Below, piece after piece: positions 24,291 through 37,284 of a stretch of 64,000 nucleotides of DNA. The stretch comes from Mobula hypostoma (lineage: Eukaryota), in NCBI RefSeq assembly GCF_963921235.1, contig NC_086118.1, positions 25,608,001 to 25,672,000 on the forward strand. The letters are read 5' to 3'. The position numbers and the translations under genes are program-made. The notes beneath the pieces were generated by a model that was not told the origin of the DNA, made no database searches, and saw only the letters and a list, made by a program, of their open reading frames with translations. Each line of letters starts with the position of its first letter. Position 1 is the stretch's first letter.

Positions 24291-25894
24291 CGTTGCACTA
24301 AGTACCACACTTCATTTCATATTGTGTGCACATGATGTCATTTAGTTTACAAGGAAAAAACTGAGCAAATTAAGTACTCAAACAAATATGCAAGTAAAAC
24401 CAAAACTCCACAATAAACTGTCAATTGAACTGCATGCCCTTACTAAACAATGAGCAAATCCACAAGGCATGTAGTTCGAAGTGTGCAGCAAGAAACCACA
24501 TTACCACATCAAGGCCACCTCCCACTGCATTTGGCATCTTACAGTACAAAGCCCAACATCCATACTATGCAGGATGAGCAGCAGAACTCAACTCACTTAA
24601 GTAGTCACGTAACCAAATGGAAAATAATACACTAGCAGAGTGAAAAAATGCCAGGAGTGAAAGTATGAACCTGCCACATCTGATTCCACTTACTCAGCAG
24701 GCAGAGCTAAAAAATCCATACAACATAAACACCTGCAGTTTTGGCCACTTTTAATCATGACAAACAAAGCACACAAACTAATGGGTAGAAGCTCCAACAA
24801 CAGGGACATTAATAGCAAAGCTCTGCACTTGAACACATTAGGTACAAATGCAGACTTCAACCCAAAGCACTAAATTAACCTTAGGTTCTTCTCAAGATAC
24901 ATGCCTGCCATTGATACCATACTTCACCCAATTTAATTTGTTCCATGTTATCCTAGAACATGAATACAGCAGCGATAGGACTATACAAGTCTGCTGCAAA
25001 CTACCAAAGGCTCATGCCTGAGAATAAGCCCCACCGTTAGCCAAGCTATTCTAATTACAACACTGGCATCTAGCTACTGGAAAATTCCCAAGTTGCACCC
25101 CACCCTCAAGCCGTGAAAGGTGCTGACATGGCTACCAAGTGTTATTAACCTACAACATGCTCACTGACGTCCCACTTTGACAGAAACCTAGACCTCAGCA
25201 CAACCCAATTCAACCATAACACAAAACAGCAGAGACAAGTATGACTGCCCTAGAAGCAGGACTAGATTTCACTGATCCCTGGTAAAATGGGTCAGTGGAA
25301 CCAAAGGAAGATGCTTTAAAAGCTGGAAAAATATTGAACCCAAGAAAAATAGGTGTAGTTTGAGATCAATTTTCAGCTTCATGCACACCAGTACCTCATC
25401 TCCAATGTTTTGTCAAACTTGTTTCAATACTTCTCCTTTAGAGCAAAGATGGAAGAGGAACGTTGAATTCCTGCTCCGAATTAGAGGCTATCCTTGCACT
25501 TAGTCAACCTAAAGGAACATTTCAGGCAAGTACAGGATTTGTAAGACATGTTGGCGACTACCATCTGCAAGAATGTGCAATCCCTTTTGCTTGACGTTCA
25601 CCAGTATCACTCAAAGTCTGCCACAGTCAAATCATAGACTCACTGCTTGCCAGAAATTAAATCAGAACGGCCACAAAAATGTTGTGACTACAAGTTATAA
25701 ACCGGTTACTGTTGGCAAGTCCCCCCTCTAAATCTCCTGACTGTAAAGTCTTGTCATCTGTAAAGGATTAGAAGTGTATAGAAACATTTGCCATTTACAG
25801 GGATCAATACAACATCAATTTCATCAGCACCATCCTATTTTTCAGAAAAGTCTACCTGATTGGTACTCCTGTCATTACCGGCACCACAACGTAA

Positions 25895-26178
25895 GCCCTG
25901 TACCATTGAGATAGAGCGCGGCACAGCCTCATCCAACCTTTCCAGCCCCGCCGCCCAGCAATCCCCCAATATAATCCTAGCCAAAGAACAGGGCAGTTTA
26001 CAATCACCACCCTACTAACTGGCGGGTCTTTGGACTGTAAGAGGAAACTAGAACACATGCAGGAAACCCACTCAGTCACGGGGAGAACATACAAACAAAC
26101 TCGTTCCAGGCAGCGGCAGGAATGGAACCTAGGTCGCTAGTACTGGAAAGCGTTGTGCTAACCATTCCACTGCCGTGT
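25895..26178 (-). mobile_element. tRNA-derived V-SINE/HE1-like SINE
   Basis: Minus strand: A-box-like GGCAGTGGAATGGTTAGC, B-box GGTTCCATTCC, V-domain GAGTTTGTTTGTATGTTCTCCCCGTGACTGAGTGGGTTTCC, CR1-like tail. Confidence 0.75.
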
Positions 26179-27640
26179 GCAAATCACTCAAAAAGGTTAA
26201 TTAAACCCATGAAGGACGAGGGCACAAGGGAATACAGACCCTGCATTTCACACCTCCGTTTAGAAACAATCTTTCTCTCCTTGTGGATCTAACACTTAGA
26301 AGACCACCACAGCAATGCTTTCACCAGAAGGTGTTGGAGCAACTCAACTACCTGCCAAGAATTTGCTGGCCTTGTTAATATCCAAATTCCATTAAAACCC
26401 ATTAGCACAATTACAAATATAGCTGCTACTCCAACAAAAATCTGAGACAACTTTTATAAATAGAAATTACCATCTGTCACCGATAGCCATTTGTTTTCTC
26501 ACTGGTGCTCAATATTCATAAAATATTTAAGAATAAAAAGCACAGCTAGAATTAAGAAAGAACACAAGCATTGTGGGGAGGGGAAGAGAGACTGGTTGCT
26601 ACAACAGAAGTCCTCATTGACTAGAAGAACAGTCGAAACAATCACTTACATTCAATAAGATTCAATGCAAATGACTTCACTGAACAGTTGCTTTTCAAGT
26701 GTTATCTTTCAAAAGCATAGAGTGATTAAAGTAAATACTCATATCTAAACAATGTTGGAAATATGGGCTGACGCTGCAAATAGAAACGTCTTCCATTCGT
26801 AGATTTTTAATTGAGTTGTTAACCTTAAAAAGGTAACATTAAAATTGATCTCTACACAAATGCTTCTTCAATCGGGCTTATAAAATGCAGACACTATAAA
26901 TAGAACATGAACAACAAGCAGCATCGTTAAGAGTACAAAATGCTTAAGAAACAAACATGCAAGTCACAGCTGTTTTTATCCTATGCGATCAACGGTAGCT
27001 GCCAGAGCGCCCAGATAAAGTAATATCTATGTGAATAACTTGGACAAAAAAAACACTTAATTCTAGCGAAGGTTACCCTACAGTTATTAGTGGAGCTCTA
27101 ATTTGAAGCAAGAGCAGTACACAGTGTACCTTCAGAGCCAACTTTCTAAGATTTCCAAAAACACAGTTCGAGAATTATGAAAAAATAATGCTGCTATTGT
27201 GCTTCACTGGACACATGCAAGTGCATTTTATGAGTTCTGACCAGCTCCCACTCCAAAATGGGGCTTACTTTTCATTTAATGCAGTCTCTTTGCCCTCGGA
27301 GATGCCTTCCCACCTTGATTATAGCAATTTCTACAAGTTGATAATATTAAACAATGCGTAGTAAGCATTAACGTAATTTTTAAAAATACAGAGACAAGTC
27401 AAATGAATTCCAAAATGAAGTGACAAAAGGCGACTCCGAGATATTTTACTCCAAATAAATAAATCATTTGCAACTAAACTTCAGTTGAAACAATTCGGTT
27501 CAGCGAAGCGGTTCAATGACCTCACCCTTGGATGATGGAACCAAGACAAAAATTCCTCAGATAACGGTAACAATGTTACACGTTTCAGTTGAAAACCATC
27601 CCGCGGAGGACACAATGTAGCCACAACTCAAATACTTTAC

Positions 27641-27850
27641 CTTTCGTTTAAAATAAAGTGCCTCTACAAACTAGAAAAACGCTTCTTGCAACCTCCGTAA
27701 AGCAACAACAGCGCCAAAACAATGCACTCGTTTTTTTCACCTCACTGAAGCACAATTTTCCCTCACTTTTAACGTATAAAACTCCCTAATGAAAGAGACG
27801 AACAGCAACTCCACCTCAACCTAAGCTGATTGCTTAACTCCCACCCCCCT
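27641..27850 (-). other. Candidate non-coding exon 1 of MYH10 (5' boundary uncertain)
   Basis: Minus-strand donor AAG|GTAAAGT at 27641/27640 lies just downstream of the CCAAT cluster in the CpG-retaining region; the coding exon needs an upstream exon. Inference only. Confidence 0.4.
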
Positions 27851-28135
27851 CGTCACTGATTGGCACCTCATTCATAAAAGAGGATACTTTTCCCAACTTG
27901 CATTGGTCCAATACTGTTGTCAATCATTTGGACTTCCGCTGAATGCAATCCTGCAATTTCAATTGGCTGTTGAGCCTGCCTATCATCCCATCTCCAAGGA
28001 GATATAAAGCATTGCCCGAAATCAGATTGGCTCTTTCTCTTATTAACCGCAGCGTTTCCGGACACTTCCGTCTATGGGTTAGGTTGCGGTAATGGGAGGA
28101 GGTTGGATTGGCAATAGCGGGAGCGCACGTGAGCT
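27850..28135 (-). promoter_or_regulatory. Putative MYH10 proximal promoter
   Basis: Five ATTGG (minus-strand CCAAT) motifs at 27859, 27902, 27962, 28026, 28107; ETS cores ACTTCCG at 27932 and 28064 and TTTCCGG at 28055; E-box CACGTG at 28126; CGTCA at 27851; visibly CpG-rich and repeat-free. Confidence 0.65.
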
Positions 28136-28835
28136 AGTTAGAATAATTTATTATCGGGTGTTCCTCCTTTTTGACCAAATCGCATTCAAATGTGGCAAAA
28201 AAACCAAACATTTTTTGTTCTTGTTTATTTTGAAATAATAAAGTCAGTAAGCGTAAAACACTTGCTAAATTGCCATGGGATGAAGTGACTTGGTGAACCG
28301 TGTCCTGCAAACCAATGACATCATTGTCTGTGCAGGGAATACTGCAAATACCGTCGGCTTCGCAGCGCCCCCACTGACAAAATCCCCAGCGTCCTGCTAT
28401 TGTGCCTTCCAGTCTATTAACGCCGAATGTGCAAAATACCAACAAGGCAAGCAACGTGGAAAAACTTTCAGTGAGCGCTTACGAGTATAACCGAATTAAA
28501 AATAACGTTAACTTATTTTGAACTAAACATTTCAATTGCCAATAGATTAATCTTACTTTGCAATCTAAATATTATGCCCTGCAGTTGTCAAGTAAATAAG
28601 TTTAAATAATTCTGCGCACGTGCATGAAAATCCAATGAGTTCTTTCTAACCACCAAATTTTTTTTTAGTGTACTTCCCTTAAATTTGACTTTTATACAAC
28701 TCATCAACCAAGTATAGCTTTGGCACTGTCTATATAGTCTTCCTATTTTAATTAGTTCTTCTCCACCTTATCACTGTCGTCCAACATCTGGTTTCATTGA
28801 CTTGGAGCGTGTGACTGAGAGAGGCTATTCATTGG

Positions 28836-28845
28836 CCTTATAAGG
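28836..28845. promoter_or_regulatory. Perfect CArG box (SRF site)
   Basis: CCTTATAAGG fits CC(A/T)6GG, directly preceded by ATTGG. Confidence 0.5.
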
Positions 28846-29734
28846 CAAAATGAGGCGTGCGGACACTGGTCCAAATCACACGCAAGCCATTACATCACCT
28901 AGTGGGATCAGTATTTCGCCTGGTTTCACAGACACAACCCACGTAGGATTAGCAGACGAAATACCACGTTAGGTTCCTGAATGTAGGATGGGTATAAATT
29001 CCAATGCCACCTAAATGCCTTTACCGAACTACCTATGCGGAAATTTATCAAGAGTAAATTTTACAGTAATCTGAAGTCATCCGTTTATTAACCTGACAGC
29101 GTTGCAAATTTCAATAGCAGGGGTCACAATATTAACAGAATGGTTATCTGCATTGCTTTATGATGTGTCTGACCATTGAATTGGTCTCAAAAACGTCTCC
29201 ACTAATTGAAACGGCAGAGGGCTTCGTATCTGTCATTAAAGATCAGGTAGCGTAGCAACCGGTACGGAAGAGATACATTGCGCATGATGCACCTCATATA
29301 AGGTAGATCAAAGCAGCCATTTTCGTTTAACACCCTCAGTGAATGTAAAACACTGGGTATTTAACAACATTTATTCATGCGCCTGGAGTTCAGTCGTGTT
29401 TTACACCGTATATCATTTTTCATACATATTTCAAAAAAGTAAAAATTTAGATTGAATTCTCATTATTGTATGACCATTGGTGTAAATGCTCATGGCATCT
29501 ATATATAAAGCAGATTTTGGTCTGATCTATACTAAAAGCCATTCTAAACAACGATTTCTACATTAATATCATAATGCAGAAGTAATTATTGTTAAATGAA
29601 AAGTTCAAGTAAAGTGAGGCATTATTCTCCATAGATTTTTTTATTCCCATTCCCCTCCACCAACTCCCCCCCCCCAAGAAAATGTGGAATAGCATGCTGA
29701 TCATCACAGGTACATTAAAGGTAAAATCAAGTCA

Positions 29735-30180
29735 TTTGATTCAAGATTGTTTATTGCCAATATTCAATACATAGATGTAAAGGAGAATGAACAGGGTTAT
29801 TCTGGACCTGATGCAGCATAATGTAAACACAATTTTAAAAAACAATAAATATAAATATAAAACACCATGTACAAATAACTGTTATATACATAGACTGAAC
29901 ATAAAGAAGCATGAGGTAATGTGTATGTGGGGGTGCTGGATGGTGTGGGTTAATGAGTGAAGGTGTTGATCAGTCTGACGCTTGGGGTAATTAACTGTTT
30001 CTGAGCCTAGTATTCATGGTGTGGATGCTTTGTAGCCTCTTCCCATGGGAGTGGGACAAACAGTCCATGAACAGTGTGGGTGGGATCTATCATGATATTG
30101 CTGGCCTTTTCTGGCGCCTTTCTGAATATATGTCCTTAATGATGTGTAGGCTGATTTTGGTGATGCACTGGGCAGTTTTA
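29735..30180 (-). mobile_element. 3' end of a Rex1/Babar-like LINE, decayed
   Basis: Opens with GATTCAAGATTGTTTATTG (minus-strand AATAAA plus short repeat tail) and contains CTGTTTCTGAGCCT...GTAGCCTCTTCCCATGGGAG, the reverse complement of the LPSGRR-type C-terminal region also seen at 57.6 kb. Confidence 0.5.
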
Positions 30181-30719
30181 TGAGGAAGTCATAACTTCAC
30201 CAGTCTTGTCCTCATTCAAAATCATCTTACATGCATATACAATTACCCATTGGCAACAATGAACACTGATAGAGAGTAAAAGCTCTGGTTTAATTTTCTC
30301 ACCTTAGTACATAAAAACACCACCTAATTAATTAGCTGAACATAAATTTAGAATGAAACACAAAATCATTTCAGGCACATTTCTGGATCATATGGTGATC
30401 AACAGACAATAAAGAGTTAGTAAGTGGTAGTAATTATTCTTATTTTTGCACAGTTCTAGTGTTCCCTGTTTAACATCTTTGAGAGCAAAATTTTACCCAC
30501 CTTCTCATTAACGTATATTTTTATAGAACACAATAGTGCAAAGCTTCATATTTGTTTCTGCTGGGTACTATACTTTTATACCATAGACAGTGATGCTGAG
30601 TGCCCTTGAGAAAAGACAACATTTGATCAAGTATTGGACAGGGAGCCCTAGCGAAGTGGGAGACAGGAGAAAATGCTCCACTGTTTGCAACCACATCAAA
30701 CACAAAGGAAGATCTATCA

Positions 30720-31570
30720 CCTTAGCTGCAGGCATTCATGCAGGAGTTCTTCAGGGTAGGGTTTAGACCCCAACTGGTTGCTTCATTAATTTCAGTTGCA
30801 AGGTCAGAGGAAGTGATGTTCACTACCATACACAATTCCTCAGATAATGATGCAGTCCACTTCGAAATGCAACAAGACTGGGCAATATCAGGCCTGAACT
30901 GATAGGTGGCAAGTGATACTCGTGCCACACAAGTGCCAGGCAATGACAATATCAAGCAAGGGAAATTCCAGTTATCACTCCCTGACATTCAATGGAGCCC
31001 CCATCACTAAATCCCCCACTGTTGATACCCATTGATCAGAAAATGAACCAGAATAGCCCTAAAAGTAGCAAGTAACTCCCCTCCCAAAACCCCAAAACCT
31101 CTCCACATCTACACGGCTCAAGTCAGGAGTATGATGGAGTACTCACCGTTTGCCCAAATGAGTACAGCTTGGTAAACTCATAAGACGCTCAATACCATAC
31201 AGCATAAAGCAGTCCACTTGATCCACAGCCATTCACTCACTACTCTACAGATACACAGCAGCTACAGTTGGTATCATCTCCAGGCTGCACTGCAGCAACT
31301 CACCAACTCCTTAACAGCACCTTCTAAACCTACAGTATGACTTCTACCAGCTAGATGGACAAGGACAGCAAAAGCACGGGAACAACACCAGCACCTGGAA
31401 TCTGCCTACCAAGCCACACGCCATCCAGACTTGGATGTACTCAGGCATTCCATCACTGTTGCTGCATCAAGATCCGGGAACTCTTTTCCTATCAGCATTG
31501 TGGGTATACTCACACTACCATGATTCAAGAAAACAGCTCACCACCTTCTTCTCAAGACTACTTAAAGTTG
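30720..31570 (+). mobile_element. Old non-LTR retrotransposon RT C-terminal remnant (family uncertain)
   Basis: CAAGTCAGGAGTATGATGGAGTACTCACC (QVRSMMEYSP) and GCAACAAGACTGGGCAATATC; related remnants at about 10.85-11.3 kb and 34.3-35.1 kb. Confidence 0.45.
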
Positions 31571-32379
31571 GACAATTACATTCTGTCTCAGCTAATGAAG
31601 TCCCTGATTGAAAATTACATGATCCACTTAGAAAATCATATAGATTTTTCTAATCTTACTTTAAATTAATTGGAACCAATATGTTTCCTTTGCCTATATC
31701 TGCCTTCACCTTTCTGTGTTGTAATAATTTTTCAAAAGTACGGTCCTCAAATTTATTTTTTTAATATAAAATGATTACTCTCTCTTACTTGTTAGATTAT
31801 TGTTTTATTAATTTACTTAATGTGAATAATGGGATATCTTGAATAAGTTTTTTTTGTCTTCACTACTCATTAAGTTAGTGATATTACTGTCAGAAAGCTG
31901 GAATATTAAGACATCAATTTAACTCATTCTTACTATTAAATTTATTCTGTATGTTACACATTTTTCTTATAAATTTACAGAATGTTTATGTAGCAGCACA
32001 TTTAGATTTTACATGCCCCATGTTTTATGAACCGAGCAATGACTTTCTAGATTAAAATGTCCCATTGATCTTTGATTTATTTATCTTTCTTGTTACTTGG
32101 CCTCATGCTCTGAACAATTCTAAATGTTGCTGTTGATTTATGTGAGATTTTGTTTTAAAATGTGTCATTTCCTTGAAATATGAAGATTAATGGCAGAGTT
32201 GTACTAGAGTCTGGCAAACAGAAATCTCCACTCCTCTGAGAACCAAAGGAGAGGTATATCCAGCTCATGCTTCAGATATTTGCAAAAGCTGTTGTGTATT
32301 CCAGGATAAAGAGTTACATTCGGTAGCCCCAACTGAGGATGCAAAAATATAAATCAATTGTAAGTTACTAACACTTATC

Positions 32380-32545
32380 GTGGTGGAGGCGGATACGATA
32401 GGGTCTTTTAAGCAACTCCTGGGTAGGTACATGGAGCTTAGAAAAATAGACAGCTATGGGTAATCCTAGGTAATTTCTAAAGTAAGTACATGTTTGGCTC
32501 AGCATTGTGGGCCAAAAGGCCAGTATTGTGTTGTAGGTTTTCTCT
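32380..32545 (+). mobile_element. CR1 3'-end fragment
   Basis: GTGGTGGAGGCGGATACGATAGGGTCTTTTAAG...GGAGCTTAGAAAAATAGA is nearly identical to 20257-20395. Confidence 0.85.
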
Positions 32546-32619
32546 TCTACTTAAATTCTACTTAAAAAAAAATGAGGAAAATAGATTTCTCTTGGGTTCA
32601 ACTGCACGTTGACAAATCC

Positions 32620-34050
32620 TGCAAGGGTCTGCAGATGCTGGAAATGGATCAACAAACAATGTGTTTGGAGGAGTGCAGCAGGTCAATAGGCAGCTGTCAG
32701 ACGAAATTAACTGTTGATGTTCTGGTCCAAACACTGCATCAGAACAGAGAATTAGGACAATCGGAATTAGTAGTGCCAAGTATGGGAGGAGAACAAGGGT
32801 GTAGATGGAAGAGAATGGGAGCTGAATGATCACTGGAGGCAGACAAAGAGAGAGGGAGGGAGAGAAGAGAAAAAGAAAAAAACAGATGGAGCAAGGTGGG
32901 TGGAGGGGATTGTGAAGGTAGGAGACAGCTGCTGGAGGGAGACATGCGCTACCTGTGCTGGATGTGGATAAGTTACAGTGGTGAGAATGGGAACCATCAG
33001 GGGAGAGGTGAAAAACAGAGGAAACAGATGGAGGTTCGGTGGTGGGGAACAGCCTACATGTAAGTGGGTGGATAGAGACATGAGGGGATAAAGATGCGTG
33101 AAGGGGGAGTATGGGGCGAGGATGGGAAAGAGGACTAAATGGGAGGATGGGACGATGAGAAGGAGAGGAGTAGATGGGAGCAGAGGTGGGGAAGAGGGAA
33201 ATAAAGAAAATTAGCAGTCATCTATCTAAAATTGGAAAATTTGATATTCTTGCAGTCGGATTGTAGACTGCCCAAGCAGAATATAATTAGTTGTTCTTCT
33301 AGTTTGTGTTGGGCTTCATCCAGGCAGCAGAGAAGGCCAAGGATACAGAGGTTAGTGTGGGAATGAGGAGGGGAGTTCAAATGGTTTGCAACTGGGAGCT
33401 CGTGCTGACCACTGTGGACTGAGCATTGCTGTTCTGTGAGCGGCCACTGAGTCTGCTCTTGGTCCCATCGAGGCCACATCGGGAGCACCAAATGCAGCTG
33501 ACAAGGTTGGAGGAAATACATGTGACCCTTTGCGTCATCTGGAAGGGCTGTTTAGGTATCTGGATGGTGGTGGGGAAGGAGGTGCAAGGACAAGTGTGAC
33601 ATCCATTGTGAGAGCAGCGGAAGGTTCCAGAGGTAAGGGGGTAATAGTTGTGAAGGGATGAATGGACCGCGAGTTGCGGAGGGAACGCTCCTTGCAGAAG
33701 GCGGAAAGAGGTGGGGAGGAAAGGATGTGGCTGGTGGTGGGATCACGTTGCAGCTGGCAAAACAGATGGAAGATTGTTATGCTGGATGTGGAGGCGCATT
33801 GGGGGGATACATAAGGACCAAGGAATATTAATCTGTTCTGTCTGGGAGGAGGAAGGGTGAGAGCAGGTACGTGAGAAGCAGAGGAGATGTGAGGTCTAGC
33901 AGAAGGGAAGCCACATTTCCTGAAAAATAAGGACATTTCAAATGTCCTGGCACAGAAAGCCTCATCTTAAGAGCAGATTCAGTGGAGACAGAGAGTCTGG
34001 GAGCCTGGAAGCCTGGGAGAAAGGAATGGCATCTTTACAAAAGACAGGTG
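32620..34050 (-). mobile_element. Penelope-like element 3' portion, decayed, followed by an inverted RT fragment at about 34100-34300
   Basis: Minus ORFs ELPVANHLNS...KLEEQLIIFCLGSLQ and LQRDPTTSHI match the GIY-YIG region; terminal repeat CTGCAGATGCTGGAAAT at about 32630. Confidence 0.8.
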
Positions 34051-37000
34051 GAAAATATGTAGTCTAAGTAGTTGTGACAGTTGTAGTCATAGTAAATATT
34101 AGTGAGTAGTGGATAATTTGCAGAACTCAACAATTTTTCACCTTTGTCACCAACTTCCACCCTCCTCTCAATTTCATGTACACCATTTCTAATACTTCTC
34201 CCCTTTTTTTTAGATTGGACTGTTTCCATTTCAGGATGCAGACTATCCACTGATCTTTAATATAAATCCACAGGCTTCCACAGCTACATTAATTCATTCA
34301 GTTAAATTTGGAATTCCTCAGATCTTAGAGGAATCCATGTCTGCATTCAGGAGAACCTGGACAACATCCAGACTTGCACTGGTAAGGCGCAAGCAACATT
34401 TAAGCTGCACATTGCCAAGGGAGAGTCTACCATCTCCACATAGCGAGCAAAGACATTACTGTTTGCCAAATTCCTCACCTTGGGTCGGGGTAAGGGTGGG
34501 CAGAAATGGAGACATTGCAAATGTCCAGAAACTTAAATGGACTGAACACATAGGTAATATGGACAGAACTGGTCAGAGGTTGAATATTTTGTAGTGTATG
34601 GCTCTCAAAACTTTTCCCTCAGCTGCAAGGCACATCAGGATACACACCACGTGACTGGTTGAATGTAGCTCCAATGTCATTCCAGAAGCTCAAGTCTATC
34701 CAGAAAAAAACAACTCACCTGGATTTAGTCTTATCCTCCATCCTAACATTCATCCCATCCACTACAACTACGTCCATATGATGAACTGCAAACAATTTAC
34801 CAAATGTTCTTCAACAGTACCCATCCAATCCACACCTCTAACATCCAAGGGTAAAGACAGCAGGTGTACAGAAAAACCAAGACCTCCAAGATACAAACCA
34901 TTCATGGAAGTGTGTTGCTCTGCCCTCGGGCCATTGGGTCAGAATCCTGGAACTTTCTACCTTGAATCCTGGAAATTTCCACTCTGGAAATTCCTTCACC
35001 ACATGAACTGCAATGATTCATAAAGCTGCCTCACCACGACATTCTCAAAGTTATTTAGAAATGGCAATAATTGCTGTCCTTTCCCATGGCCAACATATCT
35101 CAAGCGTTAATGAAAAAGCAATGGATGAATTAATTTAATGCAGGAATATAATGATGATTTGGTAGTCTGGAAAAGCCAAACATCACAATTCATGCTTGGT
35201 GATATCACTTGGATAAAACAAACTTACCTTTTCTACCCTGCTGCCTATTTAACCACCTGAATTTAAAAAACACATTGATATCTTTATCCTAGTAAGGAGT
35301 TTCCTTACTAACCTCTAACCCCATCCCATCCCTACTGCAGAATAAACATTGTAGATACTCATAGCCCATAAAAGAAAAAATCAACAATGAAATAACACAA
35401 ACATTCTTTAGATATAGCAGCTGAAGTAAATATATTTTCAGTAATTAGAAGTTACTTTTTTTGATGTTTCAACCAGGTTGAAAAAAAATCATTTGTTGCC
35501 CCAGGACATGGATACCTTCCAAAATTGATTGAAATGTGATCTTGCAAAATATCAACTGTTTGGACTCTACATTTTGTATTGACAGTGGCATAAAGCAGAT
35601 GCAGAGCAAACAAGCAATATATTTATAAGCCAAATGTTTGTGCAAGCTGATTGACTCCATGGTGATATTCACTGTTTCTCAAACATAGTTTCCCATAAGT
35701 ATTTCAAATAATCAAAAAAAGTATGTAAATTTTTATGTATGTACAGAAGTGTAAATTATATCTTCTTAAGCACAAATGAACTCAGAAAGTAGGTTCTCTG
35801 TCTGCCTATTTGTTTCTCATTGGCATTTTATAATGAGTTGATTAATATGTATGTGCAAATATGTATATGTACATGGATCTACCTCCAATGTGACATAGGT
35901 TTGTCCTCCAGTGATTCTGATAGATTTGGTGTAACAGTTCTGATGTATAATAACTTATTAGGAAGTTATACGTATATCAACCACCTCTTGCCTGACTAAC
36001 TTTAACCAGCACTGTGCTTGCATAGAGCAAAGTAAAAGAGGATTTAGAGACCCCAAGGTACAGAGCTACAGGACACAAACTTCAGCTTACATGCTGTGAA
36101 TGTTAAAATAATATAAAGTAGAATCTGATTCCCTGCTTGTCTAAGGCACTGTTTCACTGAGTGCCACTTTGATAAAGGCATTAGCATGAGCACAGCTACT
36201 ACTTTCAGATACAATATAAAGGAAGGAAATTAGGTTGACAGGAGACTGCAAACCGTCGAATCTGGAGCAAAAAAACAACTGCTGGATGAACTCAGCAGGT
36301 CAAGCAGTATGTGCAAACTTGATTACTAGTACTTTTATTTTGTAAGTTGTCATCTTAACTAACATCTCTTAAACTTGCATGGTTGGATGTTTAATAACAA
36401 GAGTGAATCCTTGCCAAAGGTATTTGAAGATATCATCAATTAGTTGATGTTCAGTGTGGACTTTGTGAGCTGAAAATCATGTTTTACTCTCCATGTTTCC
36501 ATGATGCTATGCTAAGCAACAGAGTTTTCAGCATTTGCAACCTATCCCATGGTGCAGAGTGCAATCAATTACATGTAAGTCATACTGCAACCAACTGTAT
36601 ACAGTACATTGTGGGTCAACTCTTAGATGTATTTTAACCAAAAATGGATCCCATCCTACCAATGTTCAGTTGGTGCTTTGCCGCACACATAGCAATTCAC
36701 GTAGGTAAAAGCTCCAAATCCTGGCATCACCCACAATACTGTTGCTCTGTGACCTGCAGTAAACTACTTCGTCCGAGTCCCCTGCAGCAGGATTCACGTG
36801 TAAACTGGCAGTATAGGGAGCTGCATCTGTGCTGCCATTAACTATTGAAAAGTCGGGATGTGGAGTGCCTGCTGACAATAGACTCCATGCCAGTAAGATT
36901 TGATCTATCATGCCCAACAGCTTTGGAGAGGAAGGGAAAACTGAGAGTGTTTCGCAAAAGTGGGCTGACTATGAGTAGCAAGTCACGTGCCCGAAGATTC

Positions 37001-37284
37001 ATCAAGTACATGCGCCTCTCAATGATGTACAATCTGCATTTGGATTGGCGGTTGTGACATTCCTGCTCTTCATTCTCGTCATGCTCTTCAGTTCAAATTT
37101 ATATCCTGAAAGGAGAAAGGCATAAAGGTTGGATTATGATGAGGGTAAGTGGTAGAATGGAGATTAAGGATGCCTTTTTAAACAATCTGCAGCTTATGAG
37201 ATGAGGGACTAGGGGGACTGGGGGCACCCATACTTTGCATAGCCTCAACAAAGGCTTTTCCAAAGACAGTGATTATGTTCTCTT

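Noticed and set aside
25895..26178. tRNA gene
   Set aside because: Only A/B-box remnants of a SINE head; no cloverleaf could be formed.
4086..27640. Antisense orientation bias of intronic retroelements relative to MYH10
   Set aside because: Most large inserts are antisense but several are sense; too few independent events to claim a bias.
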